Positions 54,435 to 64,000 of a stretch of DNA of 64,000 bases are shown here, piece after piece (the stretch's first letter is position 1; each line of letters opens with the position of its first letter). Source of the stretch: Paramoeba atlantica (taxonomy: Eukaryota > Protista > Discosea); the NCBI GenBank assembly GCA_977017575.1, contig CDRNVI010000029.1, positions 1-64,000 of the forward strand, in the 5' to 3' direction. The notes under the pieces were generated by a model. That model did not search any database and was not told the origin of the DNA. It worked only from the letters and a program-made list of their open reading frames with translations. The translations under genes were made by a program, and so were the position numbers.

Positions 54435-54465
<31 letters not shown>

Positions 54466-54727
54466 GTATAACAAGGGAAAGGTCCACAAGTCAGGCCGTG
54501 GAGAGGTCGAAAGACCCGGTCCGGAACGCGCGAATGGTTGAGGAGCCGCCTGCAGGCCGGGTGAGGCGAAGCTGAGGGAGACCTTACCCCCCCTGAAAAG
54601 TTGAAAAGTTGGGTAGGGGAAAGCAGGAAAGTAGGGAGAAAGGTGGGAAAAGTATGTCAAGAGGTGAGAAAGAGGAGAAAGAGAGAGAAAAATTTTCTTT
54701 ATTTGCATAAAAACAAAAAAAAAAAAA
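54466..54727 (+). mobile_element. 3'-end-only fragment J (3' half of the structured RNA plus purine-rich UTR)
   Basis: CAGGCCGTGGAGAGGTCGAAAGACCCGGTCCGGAACGCGCGAATGG. Confidence 0.8.
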
Positions 54728-54844
54728 GAGGAAAAATCTTTTAAATCTCTTAAAAAATCTTTAACGATAAAGATACAGTTTCTGTACCTTGTTGAATTAT
54801 TTTTCTTCATTTCAATTACTTTTCAGGCACGAGCCTCCCCCCCT

Positions 54845-57800
54845 ATGCCCGACGCCGACAAAACGACGACCCATTCCACGACACACCCCGAAGCAAAGCG
54901 AGAATCAAACTTTGGTGACGAGGCCGCCTCACACGAATTGGGTTCTTGGGATCAATTTGAAGCGAACAAACACCTCACGATCGGGGAAAGCACATATGAT
55001 GAGGCGCTGTATACTACTAAACTTCCTGACGATCTTCCGCCGGAATTGACACAGCGATCCGAAGAAATCGCTCGAAGTATCATCAAATCGCGCGCAGGCC
55101 CTACACCAGATACGGGGAACGTTGAAGGAATGTCGGAAGCGGATGTTCACTCCAATGTTCGTCATGATGAGGAATTAAACTCTGTTCTCAAGTTCTCCGG
55201 ACTAGGAACCTCTTCACCCAGCCAACTCACGATTTCAAATCAGGCTGTGAAAGGGAAATATCTCCGAAAAACTAATCAGAATGGTTACAACTATGACGAG
55301 CAAAGAGTCATTTTCCCTGACCTCACGCCACAGGACCTGGATTTTACTGTCAGCAGAAGCCCTGGAGGCCGAAAAAAGAAAAAGCACCCCAAGAGCGACC
55401 GTCACTCCCGAGTAGACCTAGAGTCCGAAACCGACAGTGGAGATGGTGCAGTCCCAGAATGCCCTCCCAACGACAGCGCTTCTGAATCCCCAGATGGAAA
55501 ACGCAAGCGTCGCGAGCTTACCACCGAAACGGCCAATGGCTTATCGACCGCAAATGTGACGACGGACACCCAACAGACCAAAGAGCGAAACTGTCCAGTG
55601 GAGACGTGTACATGGAAGACGGGGCCACACGGTGGCCAATGGCGAGCTTTTTATAACCATGTTGCCCACAAGCACTGGGAGGAAGTCTCAGACTCTTGGT
55701 GGACAGGGGAAGGGAGATTTCTGTGTGTAAAATGCTGCAGGCACTATGACTTAGGAAAGCAAGAATCCCATGAGAAACATTGCGAGTTTCAACTCTCACC
55801 CTCTCAACTCTCACGCTCTCGAGAACAGAAAGCACCCGTTGCCCCTACCAATTCTGCAACCACTACTCCCTCAGAGCGCGCCGCCCAAACCGAAGTCGCC
55901 ACCTTACCTGCACAGACAGCCGCTGACCTAGAGGCCAAGAATGGAAAGATGAGTATCGACGAACCTCTGCCGCCCCTAGCCTCCATATGCTCCGCGCCTA
56001 TCAACACCTGCAAGGATATTCCAAACAGTTGCCGACAAGCATGGGCCAAAATATTCTGCGAATATCTATCCTCAGCTGTCCGGGAAAACACGACTAAGGC
56101 TTGGACGCTCCTTGCAATGTTGCCAAAGTGTGTGTTGCCGGCCCCAAGGCGCGGAGGTCATAGGGCGAAAACTTCTTACGCTTCACACGTCCGGAAATGT
56201 CTAGCCAAATGGTCGTCAAAACAATATCTATCACTTTGGAACGAAACATGTAAGACTTTGAATCGTAAGAAACGTGCTGCGCAAGCAACAAGCCTAGAAG
56301 ACGAGGGGAAGAAAGCGTGTCTTCGCGCGGAGCGACTGGCCCGCGACGGAGAACTTTCTCGCGCCATGACCGCACTGACTTCTTCGCCGCTAGCACCAGA
56401 CGACGACAACACGTACGCCAAACTTCAGGCCAAACACCCCCCACGAATCTCCGCATCCACAACATCCCCCAGCTTAACTCCGGAAACAGAACCACTCAAA
56501 GTCACCGAGGAAGAAGTCGCAGCTGCGCTCTCAACCTTCCACAGAGGATCATCAGGTGGCGCACTTTGCCTCCGCCCAGAACACGTGCAAGCGGCAATGC
56601 AATATCACAATGACGGGCACACAAATCCACTGGGCAAGCTCACAAATTTCACCAACCATATGCTCGCTGGGAAGTTACCACTCGACGTTCAAGACCACTT
56701 TGCCGGAGGAAGGCTATGTGCTTTGGAAAAGGGAGAACACGACGTGCGCCCAATAGCCGCTGGAGAAACGCTCCGCCGTCTGGTGAGTAAAGTGGCCTGC
56801 CTATCAGTAAAAGCGCGAGCCCGCAAAATTTTCAAAGGCCACCAGTACGGGGTAGCCACGCCCGCCGGGGCCGAGCGAGTTATACATCTGTGTCGCCAGG
56901 CCTTTGCTGCTCGCACGGAAGATGACGACTTTGTTCTCTGTAAAATCGACCTACGTAATGCCTTCAACCAAGTTTCAAGGGACTGGTTCATAGCACTAAC
57001 ACGCGAGCATTTCCCCACGCTTACTCCTTACGTCGAATGGTGCTACACTTCGGAAAGTAAGCTTACCTTTGGAACACGCGTTATTAAATCTCGTGAGGGT
57101 GTCCAGCAAGGGGACCCTTTGGGCCCTCTTCTTTTCTCGTTAGTCATGAGGGAAGTCGCCTCAGAAATTCACGCAGCAGCCCCCAAATTAGACCTAAACC
57201 TCTGGTACCTGGATGATGGAGTTTTGGCTGGCACTTCCTGTGATGTGCGACACGCGTTCGACGTTATCGAAATGAAGGGTCCACAATGGGGCCTACACCT
57301 CAACGCTGCAAAATGTGAGATTATTACCCACCCAGCATCTTCTCATCGTTCTTCTGTTTTTCCCGATCTCCCTGGCCCTAACAAAAACCTCGAAGGCAAT
57401 TTTTACATTCTGGGAAGCCCCGTTGGATCGCCAGAGTTTTGTCGTGAATATCTCGTCAACAATGCAGTCGAAATGGCAGAAGATTCTCTGGACGCTATAA
57501 CGCACCTCGAAGACCCCCAGGTTGCCTTATCCCTCATTCGTCACTGCACTGGCTTCTGCCAGATGGTTTACTCCCTACGAACAACCCCAACATCTGAACT
57601 TCGGGATCTCTGTCGGCGCTTGGACGACGCCGTGCAACGCGCGGTAGAGAATTTTTTCCGTCCTCTGACCCCCGAGGCCCGCCGTCAAACACAACGAAAC
57701 AAGCGATTTGGCGGGTTAGGACTCCGTTCCGCGGAAGAGCACTCTACTTCAGCCTATATCGCCTCTGTCGCATTTGCATCGGAGCTAGATCGCTGGGACC

Positions 57801-59253
57801 CCACGGAGGCAGAAGGTTTCGAAGAAGCCGTAAGCGATGTCAATAAAAGGGTGGGGAAAGACATCGTAGACATTCAATCAGGGAGAATACCGAAAGGTTT
57901 CGCCTTGTCATCCACTCCGCCTTTCAGTAAACGTGGCATTACAGAATCCAGCACCGAATCAGTAATCCCTCGGCAACGAGATCTAAGCGATGCAATCTCA
58001 TCTCACGAGTTTCATCAAGCACTCTCCCTCGCTGACCCACGTACGAGGGCTCGATGGATTTCGGAAACGGGGCACGGAGCAGCAGAATGGGCTTTTGTAT
58101 TGCCGTCGAAAAAGAACGGCCACGCTTATACCCCAACCGAGTTTCGGACTCTGGTACGTTGGTGGCTAGGGGAGCAAATATATCCGGGTCCCCGATCTTG
58201 TCCCATGGAGAAGTGCACCCAACCGTTGGGTCCTGAGGGCGATCACGCATTGGCTTGCAAAAGTGGACATGGTATCACCTCGCGGCATAATGCCCTGGCC
58301 GCAGAATTTTCTTCTGAATGTTCTAAGGCTGGGTTCACTACCCAGAGGGAAATGAGCTTGGGAAACAAGGGGCCGGGGGGCGCCCTCACCAGGCCTGGTG
58401 ATGTCTAATAGTTCACGTTTTGAAATTTAGCCGAGGGGCGGCTATATATTTGCCTGCTGTCCCTTCGGGGCACATAATTTTCTCAAATTATGATGTAGTA
58501 TTCTCTAATTGCATGGAGGGGGGTGTTTACTCGTTTGTTATATTCTTGTTAGGTTGTTATTTTGTTACGTTTAAAGTTTTGTGCCCACCCACCGAGCCCC
58601 CAGCCATTTGGCCGAGGGTTCCGGTGGGGGGGAACCCCGTTAACAGAGTGACATTGATTGTGTTGTTTTATGCAGGCTTGTTTCTTTTCCATCTTTGTGC
58701 GTGTGAAATGAATGAATGATATGTTGTGTCATTTTGAATTACGATTGAGCTATTCATAGTTGTTCATTTATTCATATATGTTATCAGTGTATATGTTTCC
58801 AGGGAGCCCCTCGGCGTGGATTTCTTCATCAAAAATTTCGGGCTTGGCGAGGGTCTTGTGCTTGACTTTGCCGTCACCCATGTACAGCAACAAAAATATA
58901 CGGACTCAGTCCGTGACGCTAACGGGGTGACGGCCGGGTCATTTGCGGAGCGCTATGCTACCGAGAACAAGAGAAGACAACGGGAAGAGGCTAACACGGC
59001 TGGGTACAAGTTCGCGGCAATGGTAGTAGAGTCCTATGGCGCCTGGAGTCCCAGCGCCATGGCGGTTCTTAGGGAAATTTCAACTAGAAAGATGGCGAAC
59101 TCAGGGGATACCCTCCCTAAAAGCGATGCCTTGCATCACCTCCTTTCATCTCTCAACATTACCCTCATGAGGTCGCAAGCTCGCATGCTTGTATTACGAT
59201 CCCCAGCGGCGGTCCCTGACACAGTGCTCTTAGGTTACGGAAAAGAGGAGTAG
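54845..59253 (+). CDS. Family G polyprotein (LsmAD-like, Zn fingers, RT, RLE), interrupted within the RLE
   Basis: WDQFEANK...STYDEALYTTKL...EEIARSI; QQGDPLGP; WYLDDG; RPGDV joins FIKNFGLGEGLVLDFAV when 58406-58824 is removed. Confidence 0.85.
58406..58824. other. 419-nt insertion in the family G ORF
   Basis: Removal restores the frame; TCT at both junctions; 9-bp inverted repeat at 58430-58438 and 58807-58815. Confidence 0.8.
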
Positions 59254-59500
59254 GAGCTCAGTAGGAAAGTGAAGGAGTCGGTGTCAAGGGAGGAGGCCTC
59301 GTTTCTATTTGCTGGTTTTCTCGGGTGGTTTCTTTTTGGGGCTTCGTTTCTTTTTGGGTATTCGTTTTTTGGGGAAGGTTTTTTTTGGGGGTGGGAACGG
59401 GTTCTTATTTGCTGTTTTTTGGGCCGTTTGCTCGGTTGAACATTCTTTTACTTTTCGTACAGTTGCTTGTTTCTATTCTGAGCCTAACTTTAAAAAAAAA

Positions 59501-59629
59501 AATGTGAAATTGCTAATTTGATTGCTTGTTTACAAATCATATACCCCCCCCAATGGACCTACTTGGTTCGTCTACTGAGTAAAAATATAGAGGCAATGCC
59601 GCGTTTTATACTTCTCCCCCCTATTTATT

Positions 59630-59663
<34 letters not shown>
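59501..59663 (+). mobile_element. Solo A/C-type 3' terminal fragment with poly(A)
   Basis: tgtgaaattgctaatttgattgc...CTCCCCCCTATTTATTGC-An, as at about 5353-5470. Confidence 0.8.
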
Positions 59664-59664
<1 letters not shown>

Positions 59665-59685
59665 GATAAAGATAAAAAGCTAAAT

Positions 59686-62600
59686 ACTTTAACGATAAAG
59701 ATACAGTTTCTGTACCTTGTTGAAATTTTTTTTTACGTAGTATTCTCTCGGGGCCCAGCTCTTTTATGACGCAAACCAATACTCCTCAGAGCCCCGCACG
59801 CTCGAACGAGGACCACCCCTCATTCCATATGAGTGCAAAGGAAGGAGCTCTCAGCGTAGGCGCTCTCGCCGACGAAGAACGTGCGCACTCTCTCGGCAGT
59901 TGGGACCAATTCCAAGGAAACAAGCATTTGATTCGCGCTGTCAGCACATACGACGAACAACTCTACACTACACCAATCCCGGCGAATATTCCTAAGGAAT
60001 GGTTGGAACGCGCACGTCACATCTCCCAGGAAAAGGAAACCCCAGACACGGGCCACGTAGAGGCCGAAGACGAGGAGATGCAGCACTGTGGGGTGAGAAG
60101 GCAGAAAATTACTCACGAGGCTACACCCACATCAAAGATCCCCGATGAAGCTCGGACGCTCAAATCCGCAGTGAAGGATGCTCTTTCCCACCAAGGTCGA
60201 AACACTTCCCCATCGAAAGGAGTGACCAAAGCGGACTCGCGCTCGTCAAGGCGAACACCGGAGCCCCGGACATATTTCTCTTCACCGCGACACGCCGCAA
60301 ACCAAAATAACTTCGCTGAAAAGACACAAACAAGAGAAGAGACTCGGGAATGTCCGGCCATGGGATGCACTTGGAGAAGTCTGCCGCACGGAGGGTCTTG
60401 GCAAGCGTTTTATAACCACGTCGCGTGTCGCCACGGAAACGGAGTTCCCGCTACCTGGTGGGATGCAGAAGGCCGATTTCTTTGCAACTTATGCGGGCGC
60501 CATTATGACATCAACAAAAGGGAAGCTCATCCACAAGCCTGCAAAGGGAACGTTGCGAACCCCCAAATCCCATCGCGCGCAGCACACTCGAGCGACCCAA
60601 GCCACCTTCCGGGGACTCAAACTCATCACTCTGAACTTCCCTCGCTATCCTCTATCTGCACGCTGCGCCTGAACACTTGCAAGGACGTGCCTCCACGTTG
60701 CCGTCAACTGTGGGGAGAAATTATCACCAAAGCAGCCCAAAACGCAGTCACCGAAAACTCTACAGCCGCGTGGACCCTATTCGCCATGCTCCCCAAGTGC
60801 TTACTACCCGCCCCACACCGAGGAGGACGTAAGAACCACACAACTTACGCATCATACGTCCAGAAGTGCATGAACCGATGGCTCGCGCAAGATTATGTCT
60901 CCCTATGGAATGAAGCAGTAGACAACGCACTCAAGAAACAATCTGTAGCCCCTACAACCGTTCACGACGAAGAGGAAAAGGCAGCTATCCGAGCAGAGCT
61001 TCTAGCTCGACAAGGCGAGTACTCTAGGGGTATGGCTGCACTCACGGCGGATGCTATGGCGCCTGACGACGAAGACACACTCCTCAAACTTCAGAGCAAG
61101 CACCCGCCCCGACATCCAGACAGTGACATCATCGACTATACGCCTCCGCCCACAGCGCCCCTAATAATGGATGAACCCGTGGTAGCGAAAACTATCAAGA
61201 GCTTTCACCGGGGTTCCTCGTCCGGAACCATGGGTTTACGACCCGAGCACTTGCAAGCTGTACTCCTGGCGCACGTAGATAACACCGTGAAACCCCTTAC
61301 TTCCCTTAAAAACCTCGTGAATCATCTACTAGCCGGGAAAGCACCCCTAGAGGTACAACCATATTTTGCGGGAGCCAGACTTTGCGCGCTTGAAAAGGGC
61401 GAAAATGACGTCCGCCCCATAGCAGCGGGAGAAACGATACGTCGATTGGTAAGCAAAGCGGCTTGCAATGCAGTGAGGAGCAAAGCCAGGGAATTTTTTA
61501 AGGGACTACAGTTCGGCGTCGCGACACCGGCCGGTTCGGAACGAATAATTCACACTTGCCGGCACGCAATGACAATTCATACGGACAACCCCGACATGGT
61601 ATTATGTAAAGTCGACCTAAGCAACGCATTCAACAACGTTAGCAGAGCAACTTTCTTGAAACTTGTAGGCGAACATTTTCCGGAATTGTTCCCCTGGGCT
61701 AGCTGGTGCTATACGACAACTAGTGCTTTGACCTATCGTGACCACACACTCCTTTCGGATGAAGGCGTCCAACAGGGCGATCCCCTGGGACCACTTTTCT
61801 TTTCACTGGTCTCCTTGGAACTTGCAAAAGAAATCTATCACCAGGCCGACCTGGACTTGCAGCTATGGTACCTAGACGACGGGATTCTCATTGGCAGGGC
61901 AGAAGACGTCAGGAATTCGTTGGATACAATCGCCAGAGTAGGTCCGCGATGGGGCCTATATCTGAACATGTCCAAGTGCGAAATAATCACCCCCCCTGCC
62001 TCGGCTAACGTTGTAACCATATTTCCGGACATACCCGACGCCAAAATAAACGTGTGCGGTAACTTTAGTGTCCTAGGAAGCCCAATTGGGTCCCCTGAGT
62101 ACTGTACTGAATATCTGCTGACACACGCGGTTGAGCCCGCTGAAATGGCCCTTGATGCCATAACCAGAATCCGGGACCCCCAGGTAGCCATGGCGCTAAT
62201 TCGACAATGTGCTGGATTCTGCAAATTGGTACATGCTCTACGAACGACGCCCCCGCAATCAGTTATGAACCTCTGCAAGCGGCTCGACGACTTCCTAATG
62301 CACGCGGTCGAATCCACTCTATGTCCTTTGCCTCCCTCCGCACGCGCCCAAATTCAGCGCTTGAAAAGACACGGAGGTTTCGGTTTAAAATCGGCGACCG
62401 TGCACGCATCCTCCGCTTACGCCTCCTCTGTAGTTTTCGCGGCGGCCACGGACTCATGGGATGCTTCAGAAGTGGAGGGCTTTCTACAATCGATTGAAGA
62501 CGTGAATTCGAAAGTTGGTATCAGTCTACTCGACTCAAACGGACTCGTGCGTTCCATCCCGCGCCATAAATGTGAAGAACTCTCCCCCAAAGCTCGCTTC

Positions 62601-64000
62601 ACCAAGAGATCTCGCGAGGGAGAAACCAGACATCCCTTTGAACCCGCAAATCCGCCTTCCCTTCCTCGTGACCGCGCATTGCCTCATTCCGAAGACTTTC
62701 CACACGATACAAACCCCCTTTACGCATCCGAAGATTGCGTTGACGCGCAGCCACCCGACTGGGCAAGTAATAGCGTCCCCCGCCAAAAAGACATAAGTTA
62801 CGCGATCTCTGCCACAGAGTTCTCGCACGCATATGAAAACGCCGACGCCCGGACTCGCGCACGCTGGGCTTCTCAGTGTGGTAAAGGAGCAAGCAGTTGG
62901 GCGTTCGTAACTCCTTCCAGAGACACGGGCCACGCCTTTAACCCCACAGAATTCCGCATCCTATCCCGCTGGTGGTTAGGTGTGCCCGTGTACGGGGAAG
63001 AAGGTACATGTCCCAAGGGGAACTGCACACTCCCATTGGACATACACGGCGATCACGCTCTCACATGCAAGCACGGGGACGGTATCATCGGCCGTCACAA
63101 CGCCTTGGCCGATCACTTTGCCGATACTTGCAGTAACGCACGCCTAGCTCCCCAACGGGAAAAAAGCCTCGGGAACCGGGGCCCCGGAGGCGCTCTGACT
63201 AGGCCCGGGGACGTCTTCCTTCCGAGTCTCTTCCTCGGGAAACCTATCGTGCTTGACTTCGCGGTCACTCACGCCCAGCAATCTAAATACACGGACACAG
63301 TCCGAAATGCTAGCTGGGTGGCCGCGGGGTCCTTCGCAGAGCATTATGCCTCAGAGCAGAAAGTCCGACAACGCCGTGAATCTGAAGATGCCGGAAGCGA
63401 TTTCACAGCTATGGTGGTCGAGAGCTATGGCTCTTGGAGTGCCAGTGCTTTAGCCGTTCTCCGGAAGGTTGGAGAACGAAGGGCAAAAGCGTCCAACGGT
63501 ATCTTGACAGACGAGGCCTCTACGCTCCGTCTCGTGACCGACATGAACGTAACATTGATGCGTTGCCAGGCACGCATGATGATTACGCGCCTGCCGGCTG
63601 TGGACCCCTTGCCCCCTTTAATCGAGCAATAGCACGATGACGGATGTGCAAGATGGGCCGCTCAGCCGGAACTCGAACAGCTGGTCCGGATGCTGGTCGA
63701 TGCCGGCAGGGTCTATGCTCACGCCTAGTCCGCCAGGGCTAGGTACTCCAAGTGAGGTAGGACATGGGTAGGGAACTTTGTTCCTCCCCGTCGGCCAGCA
63801 TCATGCTCCGCGACCGTGCCGCTGTCGGCACAGGCCCATTGCTTGCGCCCTCTCGTACAACAAGAGAAGGGTTACCAAGGCAAGCTGGGAGAGGTCGAAA
63901 GACCCGGTCCGGAACGCGCGAATGGTTCGGGGAAAGTCTGCCCCTCCTAGCCGAGGGAGACCTTACCCTCCCTGGAAAGCTGGTAAGATTGGTAAGGGGA
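59686..64000 (+). mobile_element. Family B copy 3 (SL at 59686-59722; structured RNA 63688-63925), runs off the window
   Basis: Near-identical to B1. Confidence 0.93.
59766..63632 (+). CDS. Family B polyprotein, 1288 aa
   Basis: Intact ORF; only a few amino-acid differences from B1. Confidence 0.95.
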   Translation: MTQTNTPQSPARSNEDHPSFHMSAKEGALSVGALADEERAHSLGSWDQFQGNKHLIRAVSTYDEQLYTTPIPANIPKEWLERARHISQEKETPDTGHVEAEDEEMQHCGVRRQKITHEATPTSKIPDEARTLKSAVKDALSHQGRNTSPSKGVTKADSRSSRRTPEPRTYFSSPRHAANQNNFAEKTQTREETRECPAMGCTWRSLPHGGSWQAFYNHVACRHGNGVPATWWDAEGRFLCNLCGRHYDINKREAHPQACKGNVANPQIPSRAAHSSDPSHLPGTQTHHSELPSLSSICTLRLNTCKDVPPRCRQLWGEIITKAAQNAVTENSTAAWTLFAMLPKCLLPAPHRGGRKNHTTYASYVQKCMNRWLAQDYVSLWNEAVDNALKKQSVAPTTVHDEEEKAAIRAELLARQGEYSRGMAALTADAMAPDDEDTLLKLQSKHPPRHPDSDIIDYTPPPTAPLIMDEPVVAKTIKSFHRGSSSGTMGLRPEHLQAVLLAHVDNTVKPLTSLKNLVNHLLAGKAPLEVQPYFAGARLCALEKGENDVRPIAAGETIRRLVSKAACNAVRSKAREFFKGLQFGVATPAGSERIIHTCRHAMTIHTDNPDMVLCKVDLSNAFNNVSRATFLKLVGEHFPELFPWASWCYTTTSALTYRDHTLLSDEGVQQGDPLGPLFFSLVSLELAKEIYHQADLDLQLWYLDDGILIGRAEDVRNSLDTIARVGPRWGLYLNMSKCEIITPPASANVVTIFPDIPDAKINVCGNFSVLGSPIGSPEYCTEYLLTHAVEPAEMALDAITRIRDPQVAMALIRQCAGFCKLVHALRTTPPQSVMNLCKRLDDFLMHAVESTLCPLPPSARAQIQRLKRHGGFGLKSATVHASSAYASSVVFAAATDSWDASEVEGFLQSIEDVNSKVGISLLDSNGLVRSIPRHKCEELSPKARFTKRSREGETRHPFEPANPPSLPRDRALPHSEDFPHDTNPLYASEDCVDAQPPDWASNSVPRQKDISYAISATEFSHAYENADARTRARWASQCGKGASSWAFVTPSRDTGHAFNPTEFRILSRWWLGVPVYGEEGTCPKGNCTLPLDIHGDHALTCKHGDGIIGRHNALADHFADTCSNARLAPQREKSLGNRGPGGALTRPGDVFLPSLFLGKPIVLDFAVTHAQQSKYTDTVRNASWVAAGSFAEHYASEQKVRQRRESEDAGSDFTAMVVESYGSWSASALAVLRKVGERRAKASNGILTDEASTLRLVTDMNVTLMRCQARMMITRLPAVDPLPPLIEQ

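Larger units (their letters stand above)
54759..59500 (+). mobile_element. Full-length family G element (SL at 54759-54794) interrupted by a 419-nt insertion
   Basis: ORF 54845-58405 resumes in frame at 58825 and ends at 59253. Confidence 0.9.

Noticed and set aside
1093-59722. Repeated 37-mer as a CRISPR array, or as target-site duplications
   Set aside because: Copies are kilobases apart in a eukaryotic context with no cas genes; 5'-truncated elements lack the 37-mer, which a TSD model would require.
1466-63640. Numerous 60-240 aa antisense or alternate-frame ORFs inside elements
   Set aside because: Shadows of the long RT ORFs. They recur only because the copies are near-identical and show no recognisable motifs.

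Overview
The whole 64 kb is a eukaryotic array of non-LTR retrotransposons of the restriction-like-endonuclease (RLE) type, most similar to the CRE/SLACS/CZAR group. I see no ordinary host housekeeping gene. At least 6 RT-encoding families are present, labelled here A, B, C, D, E and G, plus fragments F, F', H, E2, I and J. Most units are joined poly(A)-to-5' end with no evident target-site duplications or host spacer. Blocks run + (1-17 kb), mostly - (17-53.45 kb) and + (53.5-64 kb). Every full-length copy starts with the same ~37-nt sequence, ACTTTAACGATAAAGATACAGTTTCTGTACCTTGTTG, which resembles a euglenozoan (kinetoplastid/diplonemid) spliced leader (SL). 5'-truncated copies lack it, so the array looks like concatenated cDNAs of trans-spliced RNAs. 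Highlights: (1) families A, B, G, F and H carry an N-terminal Ataxin-2/Pbp1 LsmAD-like domain; (2) family D instead carries two Mer3/HFM1-like Cys/His motifs plus a hydrophobic segment; (3) families A, B and C share a ~240-nt covarying, probably pseudoknotted RNA right after the stop codon; (4) tiny oligo(A)-tailed fragments and an apparent passenger mRNA are built into the array; (5) the window opens with a perfect 10-mer tandem repeat, so a telomere-type retrotransposon array is possible. Domain assignments come from recalled motifs, not database searches. The host identity is an inference from the SL.
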